A DNA stretch of 64,000 nt from Nitrospirota bacterium (GCA_963845065.1 CAWJQQ010000003.1:32001-96000); one strand, 5' to 3'. Counted from the first letter of the stretch, positions 20,051 to 30,938 are shown. Made by a program: numbers and translations. The notes: a model not told the origin generated them from the letters alone.

Positions 20051-20143
20051 TTCACTTGACAGTGCCCATAAATGGATGTCCTATTTTAAGTTGCAATAAT
20101 CTGACGTAATTGGAGAGTACTGTGACGGAATGGATATGATCAC

Positions 20144-20952
20144 TAAAAAGACCTCCTGGGGCGCCTTGTCTGTGAACCGATCAGAATGTAGGATGTCAAG
20201 CACTCCTTGCCGTTCGACTGAAGACAGTGCACGCGGAGGACTCGGACGTTTTATCGGCTCTATGAGAGGCGCATTTTTCCGCGCCTGCATCCGGTAGAAT
20301 CCTGAACGAGGGATATCAAGCGATTCACGTGCTGATTTGATCCCGACATCAGAGGAAAGAGTAAGAGCGGCTTCCATCACTCGTCCCCTCCGTTCTCGTC
20401 GGTCGCAATCGGGATCCTCAGAAGCTGTGATATATTTTTTGAACGTCGTTGATGATTTCTGCCTTTCTGAGGCGATTGGTAAGCCGCTCATTCTCCTTGC
20501 GGAGCTTCTCGTTCTCTGCTGCAAGAGGATTGCGGACTGATTCCTTACGACCCCGCTTCTTGGGCTCGAGGGCTGATAGTACGCCACGATTGCGCTGACC
20601 ACGCCAGGTGCCGAGATTTGATGCATAGAGTCCCTCCTGGCGCAAGAGCTTACCAAGGCACCCAGGCGTGTTTCAGGCATCGGCAAGCGCAAGGACGCGA
20701 AACTTGTATTCAGCCGTAAAACGTCGCCGAGCGGCTTTAGCCGGAACCTCGGGGTCTGGCAGGACCGAAGACACACCTTGAGACGAATTGACTTCTTGCG
20801 GGGCTTCGCCCCAGGGAACCTCAGTCGCCCTACGGGCCCCTTCGTTTCCCTGGGTTGCTTTGATCTTTGTTGCTATCATAATGATTTCACCTCCCCGCCC
20901 TCTACTCTAATTTACCATAGGGGAGGCGTCTCAGTTATATTGACACAGAGGG
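20144..20952 (-). pseudogene. IS3-family element remnant (left end, broken orfA, start of orfB)
   Basis: PDPEVPAKAARRRFTAEYKFRVL, RQEGLYASNL, PPRALSSVERQGVLDILHSDRFTDKAPQEV. The left end is also present at 33017. Confidence 0.8.
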
Positions 20953-21212
20953 TTATACATACAGCCATCCCTCGTTGGTCGGGACAAACGTAATATCAGA
21001 TACCAGTGGGCCTTTATAGTCTCGATGAATCAGTAAATTAGCAGCCAATAAGTAGTTATGCTTTGAATCAGTAGTTTTCCTGAACCTCCTTCATCAAATG
21101 GGGGAGGCTTAGGTTGTACTTTATATGTTGCTAAGAATGGCAAAATCGGAGAGGAAGCGCTTAGTGAACTTCAAGAAGATTTCTAGAAAGATATGTGAGC
21201 TGCTTTATAAAA

Positions 21213-22130
21213 TTAGTTTCCACGTATTTCTCGCCTCACAGGTACCAGTAGAAGCGGAGTAACAGAGCGTCGAGTTACATTCGGTGTGGTACTTCCCGAC
21301 CAGAAGGCATCCATGCCGGTCTTCCCGTGAGTTGCTAGGGCGATCAGATCGGCCTCCGTCTCCTTCGCCGTGACAACAATGGTTGTGACGGGATCGCCAC
21401 GAAGGACATCGGCCCTAGCCGTAATCCCTGCAGACTGTAATTTGGCTACATGACGGTGCAGGTACTCTTTAGCGTCCAGCTCTGCCAGGTCCAGCAATAT
21501 ATGTGTTGCTCCGGGCAGTATCTTTGCTGTGGCTGCTTCCTCGCCGGAGAGTGTGTTATACTTTTGAACTACCATAATTAGAATTAACTCGGCTCCACAG
21601 ATTTTTGCTAGACTTGCCGCTACGTTTAACCCCTCTTCGTGGTCAAGGTTACCGTCCAATGTCACCAACATTCTTTTACATGTAAATGTAGGTGCGGCTC
21701 CGCTCATAGATGGCGGTATGAGCAGGATTGGCGTTGTACCAAGCCCGACTACCTGTTGCGCAATTCTACCAAACATAATGTCGTGCAGACCCCCACGACC
21801 ATGGGTGCACATTACGATCAGGTCAGAGTCTAACTCCCTCTCATGTTCAGCGATACTTTGAGCTACGTTGTTTACCTCATTGCTGTGAATATGCCCTTCA
21901 ACCATTAATTCTGACGGAAAAGCACGTGCGACCACTTCATCAATGTATCTCCCGGCGTCGCCGGGGTTAGTCAGATGCCGTTCGCCGTGGATTTCCTGTG
22001 GTGCATCGCGCTCAATGACGTGGAGCAGAGAGACCTTGGCTTTCAAAGCCCTGGCAAAATAAATGGCAGCGGGCAATGCCGCTTCCGCAAGGTGCGACCC
22101 GTCCAAAGGGACTAACAAATGTTTGAACAT
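21213..22130 (-). CDS. Universal stress protein (tandem USP domains)
   Basis: HLLVPLDGS...DLIVMCTHGRGG...; second domain DLIALATHGKTG...PLLLV. Confidence 0.92.
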   Translation of the reverse strand: MFKHLLVPLDGSHLAEAALPAAIYFARALKAKVSLLHVIERDAPQEIHGERHLTNPGDAGRYIDEVVARAFPSELMVEGHIHSNEVNNVAQSIAEHERELDSDLIVMCTHGRGGLHDIMFGRIAQQVVGLGTTPILLIPPSMSGAAPTFTCKRMLVTLDGNLDHEEGLNVAASLAKICGAELILIMVVQKYNTLSGEEAATAKILPGATHILLDLAELDAKEYLHRHVAKLQSAGITARADVLRGDPVTTIVVTAKETEADLIALATHGKTGMDAFWSGSTTPNVTRRSVTPLLLVPVRREIRGN

Positions 22131-23477
22131 TTATAACCCCGTTATAAATACCTGATAAACCAGGTAAACGTTTAAAGCTAAAATCAAGGCTGCCACAATA
22201 CTTGTAAGCGTCGTTGTGGCAATGTGGTTGACCAATACTCCCATCAAGCTTTTGCGTCTGGTGAACACGATCAGTGGAATGATGGCGAACGGAAGTCCAA
22301 AGCTTAGCACCACTTGGCTGATTACCAGGGTGCGTGTCGGGTCCAGCCCGATAAAGATAACTACCAGGGATGGAATAATTGTAACCAGACGGCGGATCCA
22401 GACGGGGATTCGCCGCTGCAAGAATCCCTGCATCATAACCTGTCCCGCCATTGTACCGACCGCAGAGGAAGACAGGCCGGAAGTGAGAAGTGAAATGGCA
22501 AAGATCCAGCTTGATGCCCTGCCCAGCAATGGTTCCAGGGTGCGATGAGCTGTTTCGAGACTTCCAACTTGGGTTAGTCCATGCTTAAAGAACGTTGAGG
22601 CTGCCATGATCAGCATCCCCATGTTGACTAGGCTTGCTAGCCCCATAGCAACGACCACATCCACTATCCCATAATGGAACAACCGCCGTAATTGGTTCGC
22701 GTCCTTGACTACAATGCGGCCTTGAGTGAGTGCGGAATGCAAATAGATGGCGTGGGGCATGACCGTTGCGCCCACGATACCCGTCGCAAGCAAAACGCTC
22801 TCCGTTCCAGAAAATTGAGGAACGACTGAGTGATACAGTACATTGCCCCAGTTCGGCTTATCCAGGATGGTTTCGATCAGGTAGCTGACCGTTACAACAC
22901 CTGCCAAAGCCGTAATTACCGCCTCGACCGGTCGGAAGCCGTAACGCTCTAGACCCAGGATGAGGAAAGTGGTGGCGGCGGTTATGAGACCGGCCAGCCA
23001 GAGAGAGGTGCCAAAAAGCAGATAAAAGCCGACGGCTGCTCCCATGAACTCGGCCAGGTCGGTCGCAATCGCCACAATCTCCATCAATACCCACATCGTA
23101 ATAACAACAGAACGTGAAAAATGATTGCGGCAATGTTCGGCCAGATTCAGTCCCGTGGCGATGCCGAGCTTGGCCGACAGTGCCTGGACCAGCATTGCCA
23201 TCAGGTTGCTGGCAACGATGACCCATAGCAGGGTGTACCCGAATTTAGCGCCGCCCTGGATGTTGGTGGCGAAGTTGCCGGGATCGATATAAGCGACACT
23301 GGCGATGAATGCAGGCCCCAGAAAAGGGAGAAGGCGGGAAAAGGGCCCCTTCTGGCTGCGATAAGCTAGAACATCCATGGCAGTATCGATCGTCCCTTGA
23401 TCGCCAGCTTTCCTGTGTTGAGTCTTATCGGGTTCATCCATAAGGGCTCTTATGTATTTTTGTGAATAAATAGGCAA
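22131..23477 (-). CDS. mntH: NRAMP-family Mn2+/Fe2+ transporter
   Basis: GPAFIASVAYIDPGNFATN and GATVMPHAIYLHS signatures. The start may be ATG 23441. Confidence 0.93.
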   Translation of the reverse strand: MPIYSQKYIRALMDEPDKTQHRKAGDQGTIDTAMDVLAYRSQKGPFSRLLPFLGPAFIASVAYIDPGNFATNIQGGAKFGYTLLWVIVASNLMAMLVQALSAKLGIATGLNLAEHCRNHFSRSVVITMWVLMEIVAIATDLAEFMGAAVGFYLLFGTSLWLAGLITAATTFLILGLERYGFRPVEAVITALAGVVTVSYLIETILDKPNWGNVLYHSVVPQFSGTESVLLATGIVGATVMPHAIYLHSALTQGRIVVKDANQLRRLFHYGIVDVVVAMGLASLVNMGMLIMAASTFFKHGLTQVGSLETAHRTLEPLLGRASSWIFAISLLTSGLSSSAVGTMAGQVMMQGFLQRRIPVWIRRLVTIIPSLVVIFIGLDPTRTLVISQVVLSFGLPFAIIPLIVFTRRKSLMGVLVNHIATTTLTSIVAALILALNVYLVYQVFITGL

Positions 23478-23796
23478 ATGCTACTTGCAAGATTAAGGCA
23501 GAAATTAAGACTTGTTTTTTCATGATGTATTCCTTAATTAATTGACTCCATATCACTAGCAGCATCTTGGGCGAATATATGATATTCTTGATTTTCTGGG
23601 TTGTCAACAATGTCGATCTGAGTATTTTATGGGTACAATGTTAACGAATACCGCTTCAAGTAAACCGCTCCGCGGCAGAGAAGCATAGACCGCTTCCTTC
23701 TACCACCATCACTTCGCTTGATATTTTCTGAGTGGTTTCCGTGTTACCATATTTCTCCATTGCAGTTCAATCTTATTTCACAAGGACAGTATAGTC

Positions 23797-23872
23797 ATGG
23801 AAAACTGGTACGAGAAGTCCATCAATGCCCTGCAACTGAGCGGTATGTCCGAACGAACGCAGGCAAGCTATA
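23797..23872 (+). pseudogene. N-terminal fragment of an integrase (SAM-like domain)
   Basis: MENWYEKSINALQLSGMSERTQASY, truncated next to the IS110 left-end fragment. Confidence 0.45.
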
Positions 23873-23883
23873 ACTCCAAATGC

Positions 23884-23987
23884 GATAATCTCATAAAGCA
23901 CCTCCTGGGATTGGCGTCTCTTCCCAAGAGCATATCAGAACCTTTTAGATTCTGGTATGCTCGGAGGTGCCCTTTATATGATTATCA
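23884..23987 (-). mobile_element. Left-end fragment of a related IS1111 variant
   Basis: Reverse complement TGATAATCATATAAAGGCACCTCCGAGCATACCAGAATC...GGAGGTGCTTTATGAGATTAT aligns with 18563-18670, including the hairpin. Confidence 0.8.
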
Positions 23988-24024
23988 AGTTAGATTCGAT
24001 ATTCTTCGTCTTAATGAAATTGAA

Positions 24025-25461
24025 CCTGAATCCGGCATGAAAATGGTCAAATTTTCATTCGAGCAATTTTATTGATAGCGTACTCGAATGCTTCACGGTA
24101 CCAGAAATTTAACGGAAGTTTTAATGTTGGCCGGTTTTCAGATTTTACCAAGACGCCTGGAACGAGTAATAGACGTGATCGCAAAGTTTTGAGCATCATC
24201 GTTTGAACACCCTTTGGTAAGCAGAGGCGCTTGAACCAGTTGATCAGATTATACGAAAACATCAGAATGTGAAAATACGCTTCGTTGGCTGCGAAGTGCT
24301 TTGTCGGTATCTTGGCCAATGGATAATCGCCTTTGAATTCTTTGATAATGAGTTCCAAAGCAACTCGACCGATGTAAAACCTCCACGTGTTGAGCGGAGT
24401 TAGGCTCAGGTTTGTCACAATGACCTGATAACTGTACTTGCCCATTGTGAACAGAGTAAGTTGCTCCGATGGGTCTTCGGGAATCGGGCGTCGGATCACA
24501 ACAAACCGATATTCCCTGTGTTCTGCCTGGATGGGATATGTAAACTCGGATGTCTCCATTCCGAATGCATAACGGTGATACGATAATCCCGCAAGCCTTC
24601 TTTTGATTGGCGGTGTCAGCCTGACAACGAAGCAAACAGGGCGTTCCTGGATTCCAGATACTCGACAGTCTTGTGGTCGAAAAAACCCTTGTCTACCCTG
24701 ATGATTATGACTTTTACTGAGGGTGGCACTTTGGCAAATGATGCCTTCAGAAAGTCGAGAACATCCGCAGCGGTATGCGCGTCGCCTGGCCGGAGTTCTC
24801 CGTTCCAGTAGTCCTTGGCAATGTCGTTGAAGCAAACGAGAGGATGGTACGAAGGCCTTCCACGATTCTTCGAATTGTATCCGACGTTGGCCATCTCCTA
24901 TTTCCCGCACAAAACGAGAACGGTAGAGTACATGTCAGAGATAATGCGGGTAGGTAAATAGGGCTTCAGCATCATCGACGAGAGCAGTTTGTCGTGAAGT
25001 CGCCTGAGCCTTGGCAGAGACAGTGGCGCTATTCTCAGAAGAAAGCGCCGCAAGGTCGACGGATCGGGATATGTAGGCAAACCGGTAAGATATTGAAAGA
25101 CTCCGTTGTGTTTCAGCAGATGGGTTGTTTCGATCCTGCCGAAGCCGAGGATGATTGGATAAACCAATGACAGTATTGATTCTGAGATCGTGAAGTGATT
25201 GTTGCGTTGAGTAAATCGCGTTTCGTTGTAGTGAAGTGTTTTGAGCTTGAGTTTTTTGAAAAATAGGAACAGCAAATAAACGCCGCCGAAGTGGGTAAAG
25301 TTTTTCCCAACAAAAGACAGCACCAAATTTTTGGGGCCTAAGCGCATTGCGAATGAACCTAACTTTTTGGTAGGTTTGTTCGTTGAGTGATTTACACATA
25401 ATTGTACGCATTTTTAAAGGCTGATTCAACACTATAATTTGAGTATCACGCAGGTTTCAGG
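24025..25461 (-). mobile_element. IS1380-family element with disrupted transposase (24047-25347)
   Basis: Ends CCTGAATCCGGCATGA / TCACGCAGGTTTCAGG; THFGG, VGYNSKNRGRPSYHPL, ELRPG, IRVDKGF, ELIIKEFK fragments with a stop and frameshifts. Confidence 0.85.
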
Positions 25462-25729
25462 TTAAAATCTCTTTGGTAAACACCTTCAAACATAGAATGG
25501 TGGCTCAAAATCCTGTCATATTCTGGTAGAACCTTGCAATGTTCATTGATGCGACCTTACCTATTTATCTTCAATGCCGAGATGAATTGGTCATGACGTT
25601 TACAAAGGAAATAGATAACAAAAGGCAGCGCCATTTCAGACCCTGCCTTGTAAGATTGTTCTTGAGTTACATAGCATTCTTAATTCATATCACTTTTTAT
25701 TGAATTTTGAGAAATCCATATCTGTTTTA

Positions 25730-26428
25730 CTAAGGCCTGATTGTGGCAATAAATCTTTGTGTTAACTCAACAGTTCCGCTTTGCATACCATTTCTGCTTT
25801 CTATGACAGGGCAAACTCCAGAAGTGATAATTTTGCCGTCTTGGACGACACCTGGACCGCTATAAATAGCATTATTGAATCTAGGGTCCGTTCTTGTCCT
25901 AGTTTTGCTCGTTTTCAGAGGATCTTCGTAGTAGGCGTATTTTTTCCCTTTTAAGACGCCCGCGTCCGCCAAAATAATAGAAGCATTGGAGGCAGCAGCC
26001 ACAGGCTTTCCTTCTGCTAGTGTCTTCTTCACTACCGCAACCGCTTCAGGAGATACCGGCGGCCCCGGAAACATCCCGACGGCCATACATGGCATGATCA
26101 CACCTACATAGTTATCCAAGTTAATTTCGGATAATCTTAATACGTTTTCGATTTTTTGGGTAGGACCTAAGATGGACTGACCTGATGTAGTAGCTATATC
26201 CACGTCAAATCCTGCATTCTTAAGAAGTTTGGTCATCACACCCACTTCCATTTTGATCGCGAGGTCTATATCCGTCGAATATCCTTCACGAAGAACCATG
26301 AGGACTTTGCGATTGTTCTGTCCAAACGCCTCCGAAGGACCCGTGGCGGGGAAAAAAGCTAAAAAAGAAACTACTCCCATAAAAAAAATTATTGAGATAA
26401 ACTTGATAATCTTGATAATCTTTCTCAT
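25730..26428 (-). CDS. DJ-1/PfpI-family protein with signal peptide
   Basis: Signal peptide, KVLMVL...GFDVDIAT...GKPVAA...ILADAGVLKGKK...VVQDGKIITSG. Confidence 0.82.
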   Translation of the reverse strand: MRKIIKIIKFISIIFFMGVVSFLAFFPATGPSEAFGQNNRKVLMVLREGYSTDIDLAIKMEVGVMTKLLKNAGFDVDIATTSGQSILGPTQKIENVLRLSEINLDNYVGVIMPCMAVGMFPGPPVSPEAVAVVKKTLAEGKPVAAASNASIILADAGVLKGKKYAYYEDPLKTSKTRTRTDPRFNNAIYSGPGVVQDGKIITSGVCPVIESRNGMQSGTVELTQRFIATIRP

Positions 26429-26789
26429 TTTTGACCTCCTTATGCATATATTTAAAAAACCTTGGCATTGAAAAAAAACTTGTTCTTTAGTTATGCCTCA
26501 GCATATGTGCTATTTTTTAGTATAGCCCTTAACTAGTTCCGTCACTTTGAATGCCTCCAAAGGGCGACGAACCCCTTAGAGGCTGCATATAGGCACCTTC
26601 CAGATACTCTTTTTCATACGTTCCTCCACAAGATTAAATGGATGGTCGAGAAGTTAATGATGGAAACCACTTATGATAGCATGGATATTGTCTGTACCGG
26701 CACTTTTCATTCCTGTTTGAGCGTATTGACGATCCCGGTTTGTATGCAAAATGAAAGATAGAGTTTCTGGTTGTCGAGATCTTTCGTAC

Positions 26790-27115
26790 TATCCTGCTTA
26801 ACGCCTTGATTGCGCGTATGACAGGGGCAGTTCTGCATGCGGGTATAATCTTTTGAATTTGCTCCGTAAGCCCGGCCACGCGCTCTGTGCATTCCATCAC
26901 AGCGTGGATATACTCTTGCAAGATGATTTGCTGCTCAGGGTGCGGCATATTGATGTCTGCCAGCCAGCGCATGTGAGCCTGGGTCCAAGTGGTTTCCCCC
27001 GAGTAACGGTGTCCGTGCCTCAGCAGCATCGCACTTAATCTTTGGCGGGAGATACATTGGGCCTTGATCGCCTCTTCCCTGCCGTGTGTCAGGTCCCGCA
27101 TAGCTTCACGATCCT
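26790..27115 (-). pseudogene. IS110-family transposase internal fragment
   Basis: EAMRDLTHGREEA...RQRLSAMLLRHGHRYSGETTWTQAHMRWL. Boundaries approximate. Confidence 0.7.
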
Positions 27116-27163
27116 CTTAGGGTGATTATTCCTCCTTTACCGCATTACAAGTCATTAAACAGT

Positions 27164-28282
27164 TACTAAGGGGAGCACATTATAGTTTGCATTTATAAAG
27201 CAGCATACTGAACGTGCTTCTCCTGAAAATAGCTTTGAACAATATATGGTTTCTTCTGTCGGCTGCGCAAGTAACCACGAACATTGGATAATAATTCATC
27301 CTGCGTGTGCGCTCGCTGCCGTCCGACGGCATTGCTCTTAACGTCCTGGTTCAACATCTCATCCGGATTGAGCTCCGGACTATAGGACGGCAAATAGAAC
27401 AGACGAATCTGCTTCTCATTCTCCGAAAGCCATTTTTTTACGGTACGGGAACGGTGCACAGGATGTCTATCGACAATCAAAAAGACCTTTCGTTTGGACT
27501 GGCGAACCATACGTTTCAGGAAGCCGGTAAACACGTCATCGCGGAACCGCTTCCGAAACACCATGAACGCAAGATGTCCTTTGTTCGTAATGGCAGAGAC
27601 CATGTTGCATCCGAATCGTTGTCCCGTTCCCGGAATGACGGGGGTCTCACCTTGAAGACTATAGGTCCGGCCGGTAGCATGATCGGACCGCAGCCCCATC
27701 TCGTCACCCCAGTAAATCTCGGCTTTTTCGCGCTTCGCCTGCGCACGTATCCGTGGATACTCATGCGTAAGCCAGTGTTGAACTTCTTCAGAGTTCTGTT
27801 CAAAGGCCCGGCGTACGGGTTTCTGCGGGGTAAAACCCCACTGGGCAAGGTAGCGTCCAACAGTCCAGACAGAAAGCTCAACATTGAACTTTTTGGCAAT
27901 CAACTGGGCTACGGCTTCACGGGTCCACAGGTAAAACGGCAGCTTCAGTTGGTCCGGCAAGCGATCTTGAATGGTCTTGCTGACCCTTTCCGCTTGCCAT
28001 GGCTTAAGCGATCCGCCCGTCGGGCGACCTCGTCGTTTTGCTGCGAGCGCTTTGACACCCTCGGTTCGGTGCAATGCAATCCATTTTCCGACCGCGTGAC
28101 GCGTAACACCGAATATCTGAGCAACTTCGACCTGCTTCTTGCCATCAAGAACAGCTTTGACTGCTTTTTGCCTTATGGCCTCTTGTGCATCCGGGGACAA
28201 CGAACGGGCATCACCTTTTTTCATGCCCCAATTATACCATGTTAATGTATAAAATGCAAACTATTTATTGCACTGATTAGTA
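27164..28282 (-). mobile_element. IS630-family element, intact
   Basis: TA-flanked IRs TACTAA...ATAGTTTGCATTT / AAATGCAAACTAT...TTAGTA. Confidence 0.9.
27193..28224 (-). CDS. IS630-family transposase
   Basis: HTH, winged helix WTREAV, GDEMG, IVDRHPVH, LPSYSPELNPDE. Confidence 0.93.
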   Translation of the reverse strand: MKKGDARSLSPDAQEAIRQKAVKAVLDGKKQVEVAQIFGVTRHAVGKWIALHRTEGVKALAAKRRGRPTGGSLKPWQAERVSKTIQDRLPDQLKLPFYLWTREAVAQLIAKKFNVELSVWTVGRYLAQWGFTPQKPVRRAFEQNSEEVQHWLTHEYPRIRAQAKREKAEIYWGDEMGLRSDHATGRTYSLQGETPVIPGTGQRFGCNMVSAITNKGHLAFMVFRKRFRDDVFTGFLKRMVRQSKRKVFLIVDRHPVHRSRTVKKWLSENEKQIRLFYLPSYSPELNPDEMLNQDVKSNAVGRQRAHTQDELLSNVRGYLRSRQKKPYIVQSYFQEKHVQYAAL

Positions 28283-28537
28283 AATGCTGAACACACTAAA
28301 AAGCGTGAAGCCCGATGCTTTGCATCACCCTCTTGCTAAACGTTTGGCTTAATCGTTGTAATCTACTTATCAAAAGAAATAGAATGCACGATATGTGTGT
28401 ATTTTGATATTTAATGTTTTACCAATCTAATAAATATTATTAGAGACATGTATTTTTATAACATAGCACTAAACGAAAAAATGCGACGGAGTATTTTTGG
28501 GGTATTGCAGAAAATGACAAAAAAGGAGGAGGTTTAA

Positions 28538-29778
28538 CTTTTCGCCGGAAATACCCTTCCGTAAGGGAGGGGATGAAGGGCGACGTTTTTTGACAAAAGT
28601 AGATTTACGTGGTAATATGTATAGTATTTCAATGTTGAAAACTAAAGCTTACAAATACCGCCTCTATCCTCCTAAAAAACAAACATTGATGTTCGCTCAA
28701 ACCCTTGATGTCTGCCGAGTGCTTTACAACTCCTGTATTGCAGACAGGAAGAATGCTTTCGAAAAGACCGGCAAGGGTCTTACCAGGGTACGCCAACAAG
28801 AGATCCTTAAAAGCGATAAAACCAGAATAAATTCCCTTGAAGGCATCCATTCCCAAGTCTTACAGAATGTTTTATTTCGTGTTGAGCGCTCCTATCAAAA
28901 CTTTTTCCGGAGAGTTAAAGGCACGTCCGGTAAAGCGGGTTACCCAAGGTTCAAGGGGATCGGACAATATGACTCCATCCATTATCCGCAGACTCCGGGG
29001 TTCCAGTTACTAATACCGCAGAATAGCCAAAGTCATCGTGGACGCCTTAAACTCTCCAAAATAGGGACGATTAAAATAAAGCTTCATCGCCCAATTATCG
29101 GGTCTATCAAAACCTGCACGGTCAAAAGAGAACACGACAAGTGGTTTGCCTGCTTTTCCGTGGAGTATGTGCCTATTCCCGAACTAGTATCTGACAAGGC
29201 CATCGGCGTAGATGTTGGCATTCATAATTTCGCTGTTCTTTCTACGGGTGAGACAATAGCAAATTCTAAGTACTTGCAAACCACCGAGAAGAAACTCAAG
29301 GAATGACGCTTGCTAAGCTTCATCAGAAGGTCCATAATCAGCGTTTTGACTTTCATCATAAGACCTCCTGTAAACTCGTAGATACTTATGGTTTCATCGT
29401 AACAGAAGACCTGAATATCACAGGCATGGTCAAGAACCATCACCTTGCCAAATAAATATCCGATGCTGGATGGGGACAAATTCCTAATTATCTTGCATAC
29501 AAAGCGGAAGAAGCTGGGCGCAAGTTCGACAAAGTCGCTCCTTATCACACAAGCATCATTTGCAGCTGCTGTGGGGAACGGGTGCCTAAAACGCTTGCCG
29601 AAAGGGTGCATGATTGCCCTTTCTGCAAGACCTTCATGGACCGCGATCGCAACGCTGCAATAAACATCCTGAATAAGTCTACGGCAGGAACTGCCGAAAT
29701 CTACGCTTGGGGAGAGGCGGTGCTGCAAGGCCCCTCAACGAACCAAGAAGCTTCGACCGTAAGGGCGAGGTAGTTCAC
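28538..29778 (+). mobile_element. IS200/IS605-family (IS1341-like, tnpB-only) element, decayed
   Basis: Left-end hairpin CCCTTCCGTAAGGGAGGG after TTTAA; right-end hairpin CTTCGACCGTAAGGGCGAGG followed by TAGTTCAC. Confidence 0.8.
28632..29700 (+). pseudogene. tnpB: TnpB RNA-guided nuclease, interrupted by a stop and frameshifts after 29306
   Basis: KAYKYRLYP, YPRFKG, GVDVG (RuvC-I), EDLNI (RuvC-II), CSCCG...CPFC Zn ribbon, DRDRNAAINI (RuvC-III). Confidence 0.88.
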
Positions 29779-30104
29779 GTGTACTAGGAACTACAACGGT
29801 TATAACGCATAGTTGATGTGAAATAGAAGGCTTTTGTCAGGTCTTCACCTTGCAACGCTACCATAATTTTATTAAGATGAACGCAACTACTACAAAGATA
29901 GGGTATAATATGTTTGTAGTAGTAAACGATGAAAATGATAAGTCTGTTTTCGAGGGAATCCCTCCATCGGTCAAAAAATATGTTTACGGAAGATCTGTGA
30001 TGAAGAGAATCTCGTGCGTAGCAAAATTAAAAAGCTAGGAAATTAGACTGACAGGCTTGAATATACGAAAGAGATAAATATTTAAATAGGGGAAGGAGTA
30101 TATC

Positions 30105-30818
30105 ATGCAAAAGGGAAGTATTGTTATCGGAGTACTGGCAGCCTTCTTGACCTTCTTATCACCTGCCTTTGCTTACAATACTATGGACGTCACAAATGGC
30201 GGAAGTATCGAAGGAACGGTTGAGTACGCAGGGGCACATGTTCCGAAAGATCAGGTGGTTGAAATGATACCCGAGAACTCGTTTTGCGGCGTCAAACTTC
30301 CTGCAGAAAGGTATCTAATCAAGGATAGGAAGATCAAGAATGTAGTCGTATATATTGAAGATATTAAGGCTGGAAAGCCGGTCCCCAATGACCCCGTCAC
30401 CTTGACGAATCTGCAATGCGCCTTTGTCCCTCATGTGGTCATCGGGTTTAAGGGTAACATATTCATCGAGCGAAACGATGACCCGATACCGCACAATATC
30501 CATACATACTGGAGTGGAAAGACGATGTACAACATTGAACTTCCGGGAGAAGATATGTCCATCACGAAGCCCCTGACAAGAACGGGGCTTATCGAGGTCG
30601 AATGTGACACCCATCACTGGATGCATGGATATCTACAGGTCTTCGATCATCCATATGCCACAGTTACCAACGAAGACGGAGAATTTTACTTGAAGGACGT
30701 TCCGCCCGGTACCTATACTCTAGTTGCGTGGCATGAAATGCTGAATAGAATAAGAGTGTATAATGTCAAGGTCGAAAGCGGAAAGGTAACGAAGCTAAAG
30801 TTGGAATATGGGAAATAA
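30105..30818 (+). CDS. Periplasmic protein with cupredoxin-like and carboxypeptidase-regulatory-like domains
   Basis: Signal peptide, CAFVPHV, NDDPIPHNIH, CDTHHWM, VPPGTYTLVAWHE. Confidence 0.78.
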   Translation: MQKGSIVIGVLAAFLTFLSPAFAYNTMDVTNGGSIEGTVEYAGAHVPKDQVVEMIPENSFCGVKLPAERYLIKDRKIKNVVVYIEDIKAGKPVPNDPVTLTNLQCAFVPHVVIGFKGNIFIERNDDPIPHNIHTYWSGKTMYNIELPGEDMSITKPLTRTGLIEVECDTHHWMHGYLQVFDHPYATVTNEDGEFYLKDVPPGTYTLVAWHEMLNRIRVYNVKVESGKVTKLKLEYGK

Positions 30819-30938
30819 ACTCTTTGTCAGCCAAGAGTTCGCAATTGTTGTTCCAACATTTAACTTGCAATTCCTCATAGCAAGCAGACTGTCCGACAAT
30901 TAACTGCTTGCGAGTAGTTTATTTCTAACAGAACTGAA

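Larger units (their letters stand above)
18563..20078 (+). mobile_element. IS110/IS1111-family element, full length (copy 2)
   Basis: TG core at both junctions; subterminal IR AAATGGCAC / GTGCCCATA; TTGACA near the right end; long 3' non-coding region. Confidence 0.9.
18518..20143 (+). mobile_element. IS1202-family left end, split by IS1111 (18518-18562 and 20079-20143) and truncated by IS3
   Basis: TGTAATCCTAAAAAATGATAATGTCC...CCAAAGTAGAAG matches the MITE left end. The continuation TCCTATTTTAAG...GTGACGG matches 14626 onward. Confidence 0.75.

Noticed and set aside
23480..23640. yybP-ykoY manganese riboswitch upstream of mntH
   Set aside because: The conserved GGGGAGUAGC core was not seen.
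27307..28245. 312-aa ORF and other long antisense ORFs (550-987, 42258-42902, 45978-46724, 61199-61843)
   Set aside because: Shadow or alternative frames of well-supported genes, with no recognisable motifs.
28590..29773. Cas12f/CRISPR effector
   Set aside because: IS605-type ends, no array, and the ORF is disrupted; an ordinary tnpB relic.
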